NCBI GenBank assembly: GCA_038087875.1
Contig: CM075990.1
Span: 3,722,001 to 3,786,000 of the forward strand
DNA: 64,000 nt
Origin: Malacoraja senta
Taxonomy: Eukaryota
Direction of reading: 5' to 3'
Made by a program: the position numbers and the translations under genes. Position 1 is the stretch's first letter. Each line of letters opens with the position of its first letter. The notes below the pieces were generated by a model. It had not been told where the DNA came from. It ran no database searches and worked only from the letters and a program-made list of their open reading frames with translations. This document shows, piece by piece, positions 47,517-59,943 of the stretch.

Positions 47517-47710
47517 TATTTATACTGTACAATACCTACCTTTGTGCAATGCTGATATATTCATTTATAATATTTATTTTTATAATACTATTCTGTGCAA
47601 TATCTTATATTCTGACAATGACCTTCTGAGTGCAGTATCTTATATTCTGGTAAGGGTGCATACGTAGGCATGATATGTATGCGTGTGTGAATCTGTGTGT
47701 ATGTGTTACA

Positions 47711-48751
47711 AGTAGACAAAAGTGCTGGAGAAACACAACAGGTGCAGCAGCATCTATGGAGCTAAGGAAATAGGCAACGTTTCGGGCCGAAACCCTTCTT
47801 CAGACTGATGTAGGGTGGGGGGGGCGGGAAGAAGAAAGGAAGAGGAGTAGCCAGAGGGCTGAGGGAGAGCTGAGAATGGGAGGAGACAGCAAGGGCTACC
47901 GAAAATTCGAGGTCAATGTTCATGCCGCTGGGGTGCAGACTGCCCAAGCGGAATATGAGGTGCTGCTCCTCCGATTTCCGGTGGTGCTCACTCTGGCCAT
48001 GGAGGAGGCCCAGGACAGAAAGGTCGGATTCGGAATGGGAGGGGGAGTTGAAGTGCTGAGCCACCGGGAGATCAGGTTGGTATATTGCGGACCGAGCGGA
48101 GGTGTTCGGCGAAACGATCGCCAAGCCTACGCTTGGTCTCACCGATGTAGATCAGCTGACATCTAGAGCAGTGGATGCAATAGTTGAGGTTGGAGGAGGT
48201 GCAGGTGAACCTCTGTCGCACCTGGAACGACTGCTTGGGTCCTTGAATGGAGTCGAGGGGGGAGGTAAAGCGACAAGTGTAGCATCTCTTGCGGTTGCAA
48301 CGGAAAGTGCCCGGAGAGGGGGTGGTGCAGGAGGGAAGGGAACGAATTGACCAGGGAGTTATGGAGGGAGCGGTCTTTGCGGAAAGCAGACGGGGGGAGA
48401 TGGGAAGATGTGGCGAGGTCACGTTGGAGGTGGTGAAAATGACGGAGGACTATTAGTTGTATGTGACGGCTGGTGGGGTGGAAGGTGAGGACTAGGGGGA
48501 CTCTGCCCTTGTCCCCCTAGTGGGGGGATGGGGAGAGAGAGCAGTGTTACGGGGTATTGAAGAGACCTGGTGAGAGCCTCATCTATAGTAGGGGAGGGGA
48601 ACCCCCGTTCCCTGAAGAATGAGGACATTTCCGATGCCCTGGTGTGGAACACCTCATCCTGGGAGCAGATGCGGTGTAGACGGAGGAATTGGGAGTAGGG
48701 GATGGAGTCCTTACAGGAAGCAGGGTGGGAAGAAGTGCAGTGTAGATAGTC
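47711..48751 (-). mobile_element. Penelope-like element 3' part (RT thumb, GIY-YIG endonuclease, terminal repeat), frameshifted
   Basis: SSHPASCKDSIPYSQFLR, CNRKRCYTC, YCIHCSRCQLIYIGETKRRLGDRFAEH, PVAQHFN; TSD-like atgtgt(t/c)aca at 47701 and 48752. Confidence 0.9.
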
Positions 48752-49182
48752 ATGTGTCACAGTATTTGCACGTTAGTGTATGAACTTCACTACAATGACA
48801 ATATTTGCACGTTAGTGTATGAACAATTTTTATTTTTCTCACTTTTTTGCTGTTATTTTATAGTTATTTTTTATCTTGTACATTTGGGCCTGAATTTCAC
48901 TACAATGACAATAATAATAAAGAATGAATATAAAGTATAAAGTAGTTGACCTCCACTGCTTTCTGTGGGGAGAATTCCACAGATTCACAGCACTCTGGGT
49001 GAAAAAGATTTTCCTCATCTCAGTCCTAAATGGCCTCCCCCCTCAGGCATCATCTCTGGGAAAAATAAAGGGTGGGTGATGTTTCGAGTCGGGACCCTTC
49101 TTCAGACTGGATTACAATCCCATTGATGTGACACTAACATTTACCAACATACTGTGGGCAATTTACAGAGGCCAATTAACAG

Positions 49183-49963
49183 TGGCATGGTGGCGCAGCG
49201 GTAGAGTTGCTGCCTCACAGCGCCAGCCACCCGGATTCGATCCTGACTACGGGTGCTGCCTGTACGGAGTTTATACGTTCCCCCTGTGACCTTCGTGGGT
49301 TTTCTCCGGGATCTCCGGTTTTCTCCCACATTCCAAAGACATACAGGTTTGTAGGGTTATTGGTTTGACATCAAATGTAATTTTGGCCCTAGTGTGTGTG
49401 GGATAGTGTTAGTGTGCGGGGATTTCTGGTCGGCGCGGACTCGGTGGGCTGCAGGGCCTTTTACCACGCTGTATTTCCAAATTAAACGGAAGAAAATACT
49501 TGCCCACACATCTCCTTTAAACTTTCCCCCTCTGAACTCAAACCTATGCCCTCTGGAGCACTTGGACGAAACCCTCAGGGTCACAGGGAGAAGGATTTTT
49601 TTTCCCTGAAAAATAAATTTTATTCGGAATAAACGTGCCTTAAAATGGGCGGTACGTTGGCGCAGCGGTGGAGTTGCTGCCTTACAGAGCTTGCAGCTCC
49701 CGGAGACCCGGGTTCGATCCCGACTACGGTTGCTGTCTGTACAGAGTTTGTACGTTCTCCCCGTGACCTGCGTGGGTTTTCTCCGGGATCTTCGGTTTCC
49801 TCCCACACCCCAAAGACATACAGGTTTGTAGGTTAGTTGTAAATCGTCCCTAGTGTGTGTGTGTAGGATGGTGTTAATGTGCGGGGATCGCTAGTCTGCG
49901 CGGACTAGGTGGGCCGAAAGGCCTGTTTCCGCGCTGTATCTCTAAAACTAAAAAAAACTAAAA
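49183..49963 (+). mobile_element. Two V-SINEs (~49183-49480 and ~49648-49963)
   Basis: Both have a tRNA head, V domain and tail. Confidence 0.88.
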
Positions 49964-50599
49964 CCGGGGGTTGGGATTGAACCTGTCACAATCTTAGTTG
50001 TTGCATCACAGTGCCATCTGAAGTGTCAGGGTTCTCACTGCCCGTCGGTGAATGCACTGGATTCAGCCAGGGTCAAATTCAGAGAGTTGTGCGGAGAGGC
50101 TGTACAAATGAAACAATGGAGCCAAGTCTGCTGGGAAGCAACAATCACCTTGTAACCCACACTACCTCTGACGTGTTAAGTCTCTCATTGTCCAAGGAGA
50201 CCATTCGTAGTAAGCCGGTCACAATGTGGCAAGTCTGTGCAAGATAACCGGAAGAGAAAGGAGTTGAGTTTCATCGAGTGACTTGTCTTTTGGCACCCGC
50301 TGACTCATCTCCAATGACATGGTATGTTGTTCAAGAAGGAACTGCTGATGCTGGAAAATCAAAGGTAGACAAAAATGCTGAAGAAACTCAGCGGGTGTGG
50401 CAGCATCTATGGAGCGAAGGAAATAGGCAACGTTTCGGGCCGAAGCCCTTCTTCAGACTTAAGATGGATCCCGACCCAAAACATTGCCGTTCTATGTTCT
50501 CCAGAGATGTAGCCTGGCACGCTGGGCTACTCCAGCACTTTGGGTCTTTTTGTTGTGAACCAGCATCTGCAGTTCCTTGTTTCCTCGATCAATAAATGA

Positions 50600-51278
50600 A
50601 GCTTCCTCCAGCGTTTGCGTTTTGCTCCACTGTCGGGCTTCATCACAACTTGGTTTGGGAACCGCTCTGCCCTAGACCACAAGAAATTGCAGAGTGTTGT
50701 GGATGTAGCCCAGTCCATTACACAGACCACACTCCCCACACTGTGTAGGAAGGACATTCTTGCTATTGAGGGAGTGCAGCGTAGGTTTACAAGGTTAATT
50801 CCCTGGATGGCGGGACTGTCATATGCTGAGAGAATGAAGCAGCTGGGCTTGTATACTCTGGAGTTTAGAAGGATGAGAGGGATTCTTATTGAAACATATA
50901 AGATTGTAAAGGGTTTGGACACACTGGAGGCAGGAAACATGTTCCCCATGTTGGGGGAGTCCAGAACCAGGGGCCACAGTTTAAGAATAAGGAGTAAGCC
51001 ATTTAGAACGGAGATGAGGAAACACTTTTTCTCACAGAGAGTGGTGAGTCTGTGGAATTCTCTGTGGAAGGGTGATGGAGGCAGGTTCTCTGGATGCTTT
51101 CAAGAGAGAGCTAGATAGGGCTCTTGAAGATAGCGGAGTCAGAGAATATGGGGAAAAGGCAGGAACGGGGTACTGATTGGGGATGATCAGCCATGATCAT
51201 ATTGAATGGCGGTGCAGGCTCGAAGGGCCGAATGGCCTACTCCTGCACCTATTTTCTATGTTTCTATGTTTCTATGTC
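50600..51278 (+). mobile_element. Rex1 fragment (~50600-50745) joined to a CR1 3' fragment (~50746-51278)
   Basis: ITTWFGN...KKLQSVVDVAQSIT, then KDILAIEGVQRRFTRLIP and a (TTTCTATG)n tail. Confidence 0.85.
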
Positions 51279-51764
51279 TATTGTCTATTGTAGGAAAGAA
51301 CTGCAGATGCTGGTTCAACTGAAGATAGACCCAAAATGCTGGAGTAACTCAGTGGGACAGGCACCATCTCTGGAGAGAAGGAATGGGCTTCCAATCGACT
51401 CTCAACCCGAAACTTCACCCATTCATTCTCTCCAGAGATGCTGCCTGTCCCGCTGAGTTACTCCAGCAGTTTGTGCCTCTACCCTCACTGACTACATCTA
51501 CCATTCACGTTGCCTCAGAAAAGCAGCGAGCATAATCAAAAACATGTCCAACCCTGGTCATTCCTTCTTCTCCCCGCTTTTGTTGGGCAGGAGATACAAA
51601 TCTTGAAAGCACAAACCTCCATAGGTTTATGTTCATAAGTTACAGAATTAAACCATTCGGCCCATCAAAGCTACTCCACCATTCAATCACGGCTGATCTA
51701 CCTTTTCCCTCTCAGCTCCATTCTCCTGCCTTCTCCCCATAACCCCTGACACCCTGGAAAACAT

Positions 51765-52530
51765 CAGTAGCTCCTGTTGCCTGCGGAAGGTATCCTGCAT
51801 CCTAAAGCACCCATCTCACCCACCCATCACTTGTTTGCCCTTCTGCCCTCAGGAGAGCGCTACAGGTCCATCAAACCACAAGACTGACTAACAGTTTCTA
51901 CACTAAGACCATCACCACACTGAACTCTGCACTGAAAGCACACCCCCCATAGTCAATATTTATACTGTACCTTTGTGCAATACTGATATATTCATTTATA
52001 ATATTTATTTTTATAATACTATTCTGTGCAATATCTTATATTCTGACAATGACCTTCTGAGTGCAGTATCTTATATTCTGGTAAAGGGCCTGTCTCACAT
52101 TCACGACCTAATTCACGACCTTTTTTACTCGTGGACATTTTTCATCATGCTAGAAAAACGTCCCGACCTACCTGATGCCACAAGTACCTATGACTAGCAT
52201 CACGACCTATCTACGACCTCCTACGACCTCATGACGACCATGCTGCCAGTATGAATCCAGGGCAAACTCGGCAGAGGTCGTGAATTAGGTCGTGAAAGTG
52301 GGACAGGCCCTTAAGGGTGCATACGTAGGCATAATGTGTATGTGTGTGTGAATCTGTGAGTTTGTGTCACAGTATTTGCACGTGAGTGTATGAACAATTT
52401 TTATGTTTCCTACTTATTTGCTGTTATTTTATTGTTATTCTCTATCTTGTACATTTGAGCTCCGCTCAGGCGGTGCACCTGAATTTCATTGAAAGCACCA
52501 CTACAATGACAATAAAGTGATCAAATAAAA
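51765..52530 (+). mobile_element. Rex1-like 3' fragment with a Harbinger MITE (52085-52311, TAA TSD) in its 3' UTR
   Basis: LPSGERYRSI remnant, caatgacaataaa end; the empty site ggtaagggtgc is present at ~47649. Confidence 0.85.
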
Positions 52531-52554
52531 ATAAAAATAATATTAATTAAGGAT

Positions 52555-53005
52555 CTGTCGATCTCCACCTTAAAAATATCCATTGACGGTCTCCACGGCC
52601 ATCTGTGGCAATGAATTCCACAGATTCACCACCGTCTGACTAAAGAAATTCCTCCTCATCTCCTTTTTGAAGGTACGTCCTTTTATTCTGAGGCTGTGGC
52701 CCCTGGTCCTAGACTCTCCCACCAGTGAAGGCCTCCTCTCCACATCCACTCTGTCTTGGCCTTTCACTATTCGGTATGTTTTAATGAAGTTACGCATCAT
52801 TCTTCTAAACTCCAGCGAGTACAGGCCCAGAACACTCAAACACTCCCCATACATTATCCCAAACATCTCTGGGACCATTCTCCTCTGGACCCTCCCCAAC
52901 ACTAAAGCAACCTTCCTCAGTTACGAGGCCCAAAACTGTACACAATTTTCCAAATGTGGCCTCACCAAATGCCTTATAAAGCCTGAGCATTGCATCCATG
53001 CTTTT
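52555..53005 (-). mobile_element. CR1 fragment, diverged
   Basis: ORFs 52570-52902 and 52805-52999. Confidence 0.8.
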
Positions 53006-53007
53006 CT

Positions 53008-53270
53008 ATTAGTTTAGTTTTGTTTAGAGATACAGCGTGAAAAGAGGCCCTTTGGCCCACAGAGTGCGTGCCAACCAGCAACCAGTACCCTAGCACTAGC
53101 CTACACCCTAGGGACAATTTATAATTTTACTGAAGCCAATTAACCTACAAACCTGCACGTCTTTGGAGTGTGGGAGGAAACCGGAGCACCCGGAGAAAAC
53201 CCACACGGATCACGGGGAGAACGTACACACAGCACCCCTAGTCAGGATCGAACCCAGGTCTCTGGTGCTG
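53008..53270 (-). mobile_element. V-SINE, interrupted near its head
   Basis: Reverse-complement SINE; the head remnant resumes at ~53648-53680. Confidence 0.8.
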
Positions 53271-53273
53271 TAA

Positions 53274-53511
53274 AGGGCCTGTCCTGCTTTCACGACCTAA
53301 TTCACGGCCTCTGCCGAGTTTGCCCTTGACTCCTACTCGCAGCATGGTCGTCACGAGGTCATAGGAGGTCATAGGTAGATCGTAGGTAGGTCGTGATGCT
53401 AGTCGTAGGTACTCGTGGCATCAAGTAGGTCGGGGCGTTTATCCAGCCTGATGAAAAATGTCCACGAGTAAAAAAGGTCATGAATTAGGTTGTGAAAGTG
53501 GGACAGGCCCT
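53274..53511. mobile_element. Harbinger MITE, same family as 52085-52311
   Basis: TIRs AGGGCCTGTCC...GGGACAGGCCCT, TAA TSD; followed by a 3' fragment of retroposon X at ~53514-53647. Confidence 0.85.
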
Positions 53512-54285
53512 TAAGATTAGATTAGATTAGATTAGATTTTATTCTTGTCATTTGAACCTCAAAGAGGCTCAAACGAAACTCCGTTTCCACAGCCATACGA
53601 ACAAAACAATTCCTACATGACACACAACAATTCAATTTACAGAAAAAGGCAGCAACTCGACCACTGCGCCACCGTGCCACACATTCTAGTCCTCTCAATA
53701 TGAATGTCAATGTACATGAGTTAGTACACTGTGTATCTAACGTCATCTACATGGGAAAAGCTCCCAATACCTTGACGGCTTCAACAGTTGCCAAAGATAG
53801 ATAATTATATATTCCGACTGTTCCCTGTTGAGATTTAAAGCTTTCCCTCTATTAACTAGTGGTTACCAACTCATCAATCTGCAGCAATAATCTTTCATTA
53901 TCGTTTTGCAACCATTCTTAATTTGAAGGTCCTCTGCCAGATCAGACAGTCTTCTCATCTCTATAATCTCGATATAATTAGGACCCTCATATCTGCCAAT
54001 ATCCTCCTACATTGCTTTTAAATCCTTTAAAGGAGCACTCAACACTATTTACAATATAGTCGAGACAAGACCTTGTACAAATTCAGTGTGCGCTCCATAC
54101 ATCCGAATGGGTTTTTGTTTTCAGGAAAGGAGGCCGTTTGGTCCATCAGATCTATGCTGGTTAGGGGCAAATGTAACCATAATACATGATGCAATAGACC
54201 TTCAAAATCACATATCAAGCACATTATTTGCACAATTATTTTCAAGGTAATTATGGAAAGAAAATATATACCAACACGAGCAAAA

Positions 54286-54804
54286 ATGTGTGTGTGTGTG
54301 TGAGTGTATGAGTGTGTGTGTGAATGTGTGTGTGAGTATGTGTGTGAGAGAAAGAGAGAATGTGTGTATATGTGTGTATGTGAGAGTCTGTGTGTGTGCA
54401 TGTATATGTATGCATGTCTGAGCATATACATGTGTGTGTGTTTGTGTGTGTAAATGTGTGTGTGTATGTGTGAATGTGTTTGTGTGTGTGCGAAAGTATG
54501 TGTGTGTGTGTTTGAATGTGTGTGTGTTTGAACGTGTGTGTGTGTGCGTGTGTGTTTGTATGTTTGTGTGTGTGTGTGTTTGAATATGTGCGTCTGTGTG
54601 TGTATGTGTGTGTGTGTGCATGTGTGTGTGTGTTTGAATGTGTGTGTGTGCTTGAATGTGTGTGTGCTTGAATGTGTGTGTGTGTGTGTACGTTTGAGTG
54701 TGTGTGTATATGTGTGTGTGTGCATGTGTGTGTGTTTGTGTTTGAATGTGTGTGTGTGTACATGTGAGTGTGTGTGTATGTGTGTGTGTGCATGTGTGTG
54801 TGTT

Positions 54805-54878
<74 letters not shown>

Positions 54879-54910
54879 TGTGTGCGTATGTGTGAGTGTG
54901 TTGAGTGTGT

Positions 54911-54995
<85 letters not shown>

Positions 54996-55042
54996 TGTGA
55001 GTGTGTGCGTATGTGTGAGTGTGTTGAGTGTGTAAGTGTGTG
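54286..55042. repeat. Compound (TG)n microsatellite, ~750 bp
   Basis: Degenerate on the left, two long pure tracts on the right. Confidence 0.98.
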
Positions 55043-55349
55043 AGCATGAAGTGGTTAAAGCTGATGGCATCAGGATGAAAAGCCTCTCGGCTTGACGGAG
55101 TTGTTGAAGTTAACACAACAACCACTTACTGAAGTTAAGCAGTGATCATCGCATCATATAATGCCCCAAGGCTCTTCAGATGAAAATTGACAGTGAGCCA
55201 AGGCTCGTACAAGAAGCTGTCATGTTTATGACCAGGTATTAGTTTAGTTTAGAGATTCAGCGCGGAAGCAGGCCCTTCGGCCCACCGTGTCCACACTGAC
55301 CAGCGATCCACATTAACACTATCCCACACACATTAGGAACGATTTATAC

Positions 55350-55850
55350 CAGATGGACACAAAATGCTGGAGTAACTCAGCAGGACAGGCAGCATCTCTG
55401 GATAGAAGGAATGGGTGGCGTTTCGGGTCAGGACCCTTCTTCAGACTAAGAGTCAGGGGAGAGGGAGACACAGAGATAAGGAAGTGTAAGTTGTGAAAAC
55501 GAGACATCAAAGATGATGAAACTCAAGGAAAATGTAGAATAGATTATTGTTGGTTAGGAGAAGGTGACAACAAAGCAAACAGAGATAAAATGTAATCGGG
55601 GACAGTCAGACTGGTTGGGGAATAGGAAGGGGAAGGGATGGAGATAGAGGGAAAGCAAGGGTTACTTGAAGTTAGATAAGTCAATATTCATACCACTGCT
55701 GCTGAAGCGATATTATGTTCTGTTCCTCCAATTTGTGCTGGGCCTCATTCTGACAATGGAGGAGGCCCAGGACAGAAAGGTCAGTGTGGGAATGGGAGGG
55801 GGAGTTCAAGTGTTTAGCAACCAGGAGATCAGGTAGGTTTAGGTGGACTG
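55350..55850 (-). mobile_element. Penelope-like 3' fragment
   Basis: VAKHLNSPSHSHTDLSVLGLLHCQ...LEEQ plus terminal repeat. Confidence 0.8.
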
Positions 55851-55884
55851 AGCTCCAGGGACTCCAGCCTTTACATTGATACCA

Positions 55885-56068
55885 GGCCAATTAACCTACA
55901 AACCCGCACGTCTTTGGAGTGTGGGAGGAAACTGAAGATCTCAGTGAAAACCCATGCCGGTCACAGGGGGAACGTACAAACTCCGTACAGACAGCACCCG
56001 TAGTCAGGATCGAAAACCGGGGTCTCTGGTGTTGTGAGGCAGCGACTCTACCGCTGAGCCACCGTGCC
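55885..56068 (-). mobile_element. V-SINE 5' part
   Basis: tRNA head and V domain. Confidence 0.8.
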
Positions 56069-56340
56069 TGGCTCGCACCCCACCACCCACCCCAGCCCAC
56101 CACCATCGCAACTCTGAGACAAGCACCAAGCAACAAGTGGCACACCATCGGCCTGCTGTTTCTGATGAACAAGATGAGTTAACTTCTCACCTCAAGTGGC
56201 GACGGATTGATTTTATACCCATTACTATTGACACTCCATAAAGAACATCGAGTAGAAGAATACAGCACAGGAACAGGCCCTTCTGCCCACAATGTCTGTG
56301 CCGAACATGATGCCAAGCAAAACTGATCTCATCCTCCTGC

Positions 56341-56778
56341 AGGTGGACAAAAATGCTGGAGAAACTCAGCGGGTGAGGCAGCATCTATGGAGCGAAGGAA
56401 TAGGTGACGTTTCGGGTCGAGACCATTCTTCAGACTGATGTGGGGGTGGGGGGGGCGGGAAGAAGAAAGGAAGAGGCGGAAAAGGCAGTAGGCTGTGGGA
56501 GAGCTGGGAAGGGGAGGGGAAGGAGGGAGAAAGCAAGGACTACCTGAAATTGGAGAAGTCAATGTTCATACCGCTGGGGTGTAAAATTCCCAAGCGAAAT
56601 ATGAGGTGCTGCTCCTCCAATTTGAGGAGGCCATGGAGGAGGCCCAGTACAGAAAGGTCGGATTCGGAATGGGAGGGGGAGTTGAAGTGCTGGGCCACCG
56701 GGAGATCAGGTTGGTTAGTGTGAACCGAGCGGAGGTGTTCGGTGAAACGATCGCCAAGCCTGCGCTTGGTCTCACTGA
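56341..56778 (-). mobile_element. Penelope-like 3' fragment
   Basis: Colinear with 47711-48145 (ETKRRLGDRF.EH). Confidence 0.85.
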
Positions 56779-57164
56779 TTCATCATCCTGCACATGATCC
56801 ATATCCCTCTATATACCCTTCACATTGTTGCCATTACCCATGAAGAGGTACACTATTGCAATGCGTGTCCATATAAAAGCCTCTTAAACACTGCTATTGT
56901 ATCTGCCACCACCAGGGAGAGGATGTTTCCACTAGTGGGAGAGTTTAGAACTAGAGGTCACAGCTTCAGAATTAAAGGACGTTCTTTTAGTAAGGAGATG
57001 AGGAGAAATTTCTCTAGTGAGAAGGTGGTGAATCTATGGAATCCTTTGCCACAGAAAGCTGTAGAGGCCAAGTCAGTGGATATTTTTAAGGCAGAGATAG
57101 ATAAGATTCTTGTGTAGGAAAGAACTGCTGATGCTGGTTAACATCAAAGGTAGACACAATCAGT

Positions 57165-57192
57165 CTGAAGAAGGGTCTCGACCCGAAACGTC
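57165..57192 (+). ncRNA. Minimal hammerhead-ribozyme motif of the Penelope terminal repeat (representative copy)
   Basis: CTGAAGA-A-GGGTC-TC-GACCC-GAAACGTC; identical minus-strand copies at 17704-17731, 29956-29983 and 42234-42261. Confidence 0.7.
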
Positions 57193-57714
57193 ACCCGTTC
57201 CTTCTCTCCAGTGATGCTGCCTGTCCCGCTGAGTTGCTCCAGCATTTTGTGTCTACCTTAGATAAGATTCTGCTCCAGAATCCTTTGGCATTAATAACAT
57301 TGGCATCGAGCCTGGACTCAGGAGCAGTCAAACTGGAATTAATGGATTGTTCTGAAACTTGTCTGGTTCACCGCTGCCTTTAAGGTTAGGAAATCTGCAC
57401 TCCCTCCCCAGCCTGTAACTCTAGGCCCAACCAGTTTCTGCCTCACCGCGCCAGAGACCCCTGGTTCGATCCTGACCTCGGGTGCTGTCTGTGTGGAGTT
57501 TGCACGATCTCCTCGCGACCGCGTGGGTTTCCGGTTTCCTCCCACATCTCACAGGTGCCAGGGGGTCTGGGGAGAAGGCAGTGGGGTGGTGAATCTGTGA
57601 AATTCTTTGGAGGCCAACTCATTGGATATTTTTAAGGCCGAGATAGAGAGATTCTTGATTAGTACGGGTGTCAGGGGGTTATGGGGAGAAGGCAGGAGAA
57701 TACTTTACTTCATA

Positions 57715-58722
57715 CTATATTTCTTTATTGTCATCGTAGTGGTGCATACAACAAAATTCAGGTGCACCGCCTGAGCGGAGCTCAAATGTACAAGATCAAA
57801 AATAACAATAAAATAACGACAAAAAAGTGAGAAAAATAAAAATTGTTCATACACTAACGTGCAAATACTGTGACACATACACACAGATTCACACACACGT
57901 ACACATTATGCCTACGTATGCACCCTTAAGGGCCTGTCCCACTTTCATGACCTAGTTTGCCCTTGACTCATACTCGCAGCATGGCCATCACGAGGTAGCA
58001 GGAGGTCGTAGGTAGGTGGTGATGCTAGTCGTAGGTACTCGTGGCATCAAGTAGGTCGGGGCGTTTTTCTAGCCTGATGAAAAATGTCCACGAGTAAAAA
58101 AGGTCGTGAATTAGGTCGTGCAAGTGGGACAGGCCCTTTACCAGAATATAAGATACTGCACTCAGAAGGTCATTAATAACAGCAAATAAGTGGGGAAAAT
58201 AAAAATTGTTCATACACTCACGTGCAAATACGGTGACACATACACAGATTCACACACGCATACATATTATGCCTACATGCACCCTTAACAGAATATAAGA
58301 TATTTCACTCATGAAGGTTATTGTCAGACTATAAGATATTGTACAGAATAGTATTATAAAAATAAATATTATAAATGAATATATCAGTATTGCACAAAAT
58401 TGGGTATTGTACAGTATAAATATTTACTGTGGGGGGGGGGTGTGCTTACAGTGCAGAGTTCAGTGTGGTGATGGTCTTAGTGTAGAAACTGTTTGTTAGT
58501 CTTGTGGTGTGCACTTTGATGGACCTGTAGCGCTCTCCTGAGGGCAGAAGGGCAAACAAGTGATGGGCGGGGTGAGATGGGTGCTTTAGGATGCAGGATG
58601 CCTTCCGCAGGCAACGGGAGCTGTAGATGTCTTCCAGGGCAGGCAGGTGTGTGTAGGTGGTCTTCTGGGCTGCGTCGATGACACTCTGCAGGGCCTTCTT
58701 GTCAGCCACAGAACTGTTGCAA
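57715..58722 (-). mobile_element. Rex1-like 3' fragment with a partly duplicated 3' UTR and MITE (~57929-58137)
   Basis: KKALQSVIDAAQKTT...LPSGERYRSIKVHTTRLTNSFY. Confidence 0.85.
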
Positions 58723-58904
58723 AGGAGAGATAGATCAGCCAGGATTGAATGTTGGAGTAGACTTGATGGGCCAAATGGCCTAATTCGACACCTATCCCTT
58801 ATGACCTTATGACCACTGATGGCAGCACACTCCAGGCACCCACCACCCACTGTGTGGAACCCACCACTTTGTCCCTCTCATCTTAAACCTATGCCTTCCA
58901 ACAA

Positions 58905-59250
58905 TAGACAATAGGTGCAGGAGTAGGCCATTCAGCCCTTCGAGCCAGCACCGCCATTCAATGTGATCATGGCTGATCATCCCCAATCAGTACCCCGTTC
59001 CTGTCTTCTCCCCATATCCCCTGACTCCGCTATTTTTAAGCGCCCTATCTAGCTCTCTCTTGAAAGCATCTAGAAAACCTGCCTCCACCGCCTTTTGAGG
59101 CAGAGAATTACACACTCTGTGAGGAAAAAGTGTTTCCTCGTCTCCGTTCTAAATGACTTACCCCTTATTCTTAAACTGTGGCCCCTGGTTCTGGACTCCC
59201 CCAACATCGGGAACATGTTTCCTGCCTCTAGCGTGTCCAAACCTTTCACC
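58905..59250 (-). mobile_element. CR1 3' fragment
   Basis: MFPMLGESRTRGHSLRIRG and CR1 3' UTR. Confidence 0.85.
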
Positions 59251-59631
59251 CATATACTCTGGGAAAATAGTTCCAACAGTCCACCCTGTCTGTGCCTCTC
59301 ATAATTTTATATACTTCTATCTTCTTCTATCTCATCTTAACCTTTGGCGCTCCTGAGAAAAAGCTCTTAACTGTTGTTTTGTTTAGATTTTGCATCGCTG
59401 TTGCTCTCTGAATTCCTTTCGCTCATCTCTTAAAGTAACCCTCCCAAATTTTGGATTTACGGACGACTTGCAAAGAATTCTTAGTATATTTGTTTACTTG
59501 CAGTGAAAGGATATCTGATTCCCTCCGAGTCCAGAAGGATTCATTTAAGTCAACCTTTTTAGCGCAGGATGAATCCCATAGAAGGGTACAACATTGTAAC
59601 GTGTACTTGCGACAGTTTGGAAACGTAAAAA

Positions 59632-59943
59632 GCGGCACGGTGGCGCAGCGGTAGAGTTGCTGCCTCACAGCGCCAGAGACCCGGGTTCGATCCTGACTAT
59701 GTGTTCTGTCTGTACGGAGTTTGGACGTTCTCCCCGTGACCTGCGTGGGTTTTCTCCGGGTGCTCCGGTTTCCTCCCACACTGCAAAGACGTGCAGGTTT
59801 GTAGGCTAATTGGCTTTGGTAAAATTGTGAATTGTCTCTCGTGTGTGTAGGATAGTGTAAGTGTGCGGGGATCGCTGGTCGGCGTGGACTCAGTGGTCAG
59901 CAGGCTCTATCTCCGCGCTGTAACTATAAACTAAACTAAACTG
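59632..59943 (+). mobile_element. V-SINE, full length
   Basis: ggcacggtggcgcagcggtagag head, B-box, (CTAAA)n tail. Confidence 0.9.

Larger units (their letters stand above)
44992..48925 (+). mobile_element. Rex1-like 3' fragment in pieces (44992-45208, 47517-47710, 48752-48925), inserted in a minus-strand CR1 end
   Basis: HTTRLTNSFYPKAITTLN C-terminus; 3' UTR colinear with 51765-52530; CR1 sequence at 44808-44991 resumes at ~48944-49043. Confidence 0.75.

Noticed and set aside
54045..55125. His/Thr-rich and Cys/Val-rich ORFs up to 341 aa
   Set aside because: Translations of the (TG)n microsatellite
59632..59700. tRNA-like A/B boxes here and in other copies
   Set aside because: These are SINE heads that continue into the V domain, not tRNA genes
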